Virus record (IMG/VR): IMGVR_UViG_3300020161_000014
Location: 1 to 26,445 of that record
Strand: one strand, 5' to 3'
DNA from: a virus
Taxonomy: Duplodnaviria; Caudoviricetes
Length of the DNA stretch: 26,445 bases
Shown: piece after piece, positions 25,294 to 26,445 of the stretch
Layout of the letters: each line of letters opens with the position of its first letter
Numbering within the stretch: the stretch's first letter is position 1
Notes under the pieces: model-generated
Seen by the model: the letters and a program-made list of their open reading frames with translations, nothing else
The model's database searches: none
What the model was told of the DNA's origin: nothing
Made by a program: the position numbers and the translations under genes

Positions 25294-25766
25294 AAGTCTC
25301 TCAGCAATGTAAGGACATGATCAAGCACCATGAGGGTGTTAGATACAAGCCCTACCGTTGCCCTGCTCGACTCTGGACAATAGGAGTAGGCCATGTTCTC
25401 TATCCCATTCAAGGCCGTTTACCTTTGGATAAAAGAGACTCTTTCCCATTGGAGCCAGAACATAACCGGACGTTTTCCAAGGATGAAGTAGATGGAATCC
25501 TTAGTGCTGATCTCCAGCGATTTGAAGCTGGCATCACCAAACTTTTTCCTATGGTACTTACCCAAGGTCAGAATGATGCTCTTGTCAGCTTTGGCTTTAA
25601 CCTTGGTCTGGGAGGCGTACAGCGCAGCACCCTCCGTCAGAAGGTTTTGCGCGGTGAGATTGAAGAGGCCGCTGATGAGTTCCTGAAGTTCACCAGGGGC
25701 GGTGGAAAGATTCTGCCAGGACTAGTTAAACGTCGTCAAGACGAACGCTCACTGTTTTTATCCTGA
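25290..25766 (+). CDS. Endolysin, GH24 phage lysozyme
   Basis: HEG...PYRCPA..WTIGVGH (E15-x8-C24-x5-T30), DALVSFGFNLG, STLR and LPGLVKRRQDE motifs. Confidence 0.93.
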   Translation: MKVSQQCKDMIKHHEGVRYKPYRCPARLWTIGVGHVLYPIQGRLPLDKRDSFPLEPEHNRTFSKDEVDGILSADLQRFEAGITKLFPMVLTQGQNDALVSFGFNLGLGGVQRSTLRQKVLRGEIEEAADEFLKFTRGGGKILPGLVKRRQDERSLFLS

Positions 25767-25905
25767 TCAGGTTCATTGCATCGCGCAGGTCACCCCTGAG
25801 TTGCTCAAGTGCTTCCTGCTGGGCCTGTAACCTCAAGTAAGCATCTAGGGCAAACCTGTCCAGCGTTGCTCTCTCCCAGGCTGCGAAGTTAGGTAGATCG
25901 GTCAA
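25726..25905 (-). CDS. Small coiled-coil hypothetical protein, 59 aa (MTDLPNFAAWERATLDRFALDAYLRLQ...)
   Basis: Translated by hand. GAGG SD and TTG start; overlaps the lysozyme 3' end by 41 nt. Confidence 0.6.
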   Translation of the reverse strand: MTDLPNFAAWERATLDRFALDAYLRLQAQQEALEQLRGDLRDAMNLIRIKTVSVRLDDV

Positions 25906-26068
25906 TTTGATTCCTCAACCATTGTGGACCGCCCAACTTGAGCAGCTTGATGCGCTGTGCCTTGGTCAGACGCAGTGAGTAGACCACCATCAAATCAGCT
26001 TCAGCCTTCTCTTTGCGCTGCTTGATTTCGCGCTCAATGCGCTCGAACTCATCGTCTTCAGTGATCAT
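25889..26068 (-). CDS. Small putative DNA-binding (ribbon-helix-helix-like) protein, 59 aa
   Basis: Translated by hand. AAGGAG SD; VVYSLRLTKAQRIKLLKLGGPQWLRNQID. Confidence 0.65.
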   Translation of the reverse strand: MITEDDEFERIEREIKQRKEKAEADLMVVYSLRLTKAQRIKLLKLGGPQWLRNQIDRST

Positions 26069-26444
26069 TTTTCTCCTTCAAAATCTTCTGAGCCACGTAC
26101 ATCCCAGCATGAAATGCCAGCTTTAACCGTTCGTCAATTGATGCAGACTTTTGGTTTACTTCCTCATCCGTCAGACCAACCCACGGGCGCTTTGCTGCTT
26201 GCCAACCCGCCCACGCCCAGTATGCCGCTGAGTCTTTCTCGAATCGATTTTCGGAATCGTCGTAGTCGCCATCCCACCAGTCGTTAAAGCTGGTTTTGTC
26301 CCATTGGCGCTGGGGTGGGGCGGTGTAGAGCAATTTAACCTCATGCCCTTGATGGGCTAAATCCTCCCAATCAACAATTTCATGGTAAAAATACAGATCG
26401 CCGTCAATAATGCACGCCACCGGCTCGGCTTGCTGCTGGGGTGG
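26058..26444 (-). CDS. Modular phage hypothetical protein (EPVA / LYTAPP / WVGLTDEE modules), 5'-truncated
   Basis: Frame stays open past GTG 26420 to the window edge (PPQQQAEPVA...). Confidence 0.75.
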   Translation of the reverse strand, partial: PPQQQAEPVACIIDGDLYFYHEIVDWEDLAHQGHEVKLLYTAPPQRQWDKTSFNDWWDGDYDDSENRFEKDSAAYWAWAGWQAAKRPWVGLTDEEVNQKSASIDERLKLAFHAGMYVAQKILKEKNDH

Positions 26445-26445
26445 G

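Larger units (their letters stand above)
1..26445 (+). mobile_element. P22/Sf6-like podophage or prophage segment: packaging, head, tail, ejection, receptor-binding and lysis modules
   Basis: Collinear terS-terL-portal-scaffold-coat-gp4-gp10-needle-ejection-tailspike-lysin order. Dense ATGA/TAATG gene overlaps. No bacterial housekeeping genes. Confidence 0.95.

Noticed and set aside
1-26445. tRNA, rRNA, integrase/att sites, introns or inteins, alternative genetic code
   Set aside because: None seen by eye. Core genes have normal lengths and read through in the standard code, and all three stop codons end genes.

Overview
The whole window is the late region of a P22/Sf6-like short-tailed dsDNA phage or prophage. 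No host genes are visible. A betaproteobacterial freshwater host is only a guess from the style of the small genes. On the + strand, in order: a NinB-like gene, an HNH-like gene, a ParB-fused DNA methyltransferase, TerS, TerL, a P22-type portal, an inserted modular gene, scaffold, coat, small basic proteins, gp4- and gp10-like tail factors, a needle-like protein, three ejection proteins, a multi-gene tailspike/receptor-binding cassette and a lysis cassette. Small convergent minus-strand genes close the window. The best unexplained signal is a compact non-coding element that folds as an H-type RNA pseudoknot (GG[C/T]-NNC-stem2-GCC-linker-stem2'-AGT). It occurs three times with covarying stems, once before the scaffold gene and twice before the coat gene. 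A fourth, circularly permuted copy lies ahead of the ejection-protein block. Other candidates are a HiPIP-like Cys protein, a DDxxD helical protein at the gp14 position, a stand-alone tailspike head-binding adaptor, and a 20-nt in-phase repeat shared by two ejection genes. All family calls come from motif recognition and gene order, not from database searches.
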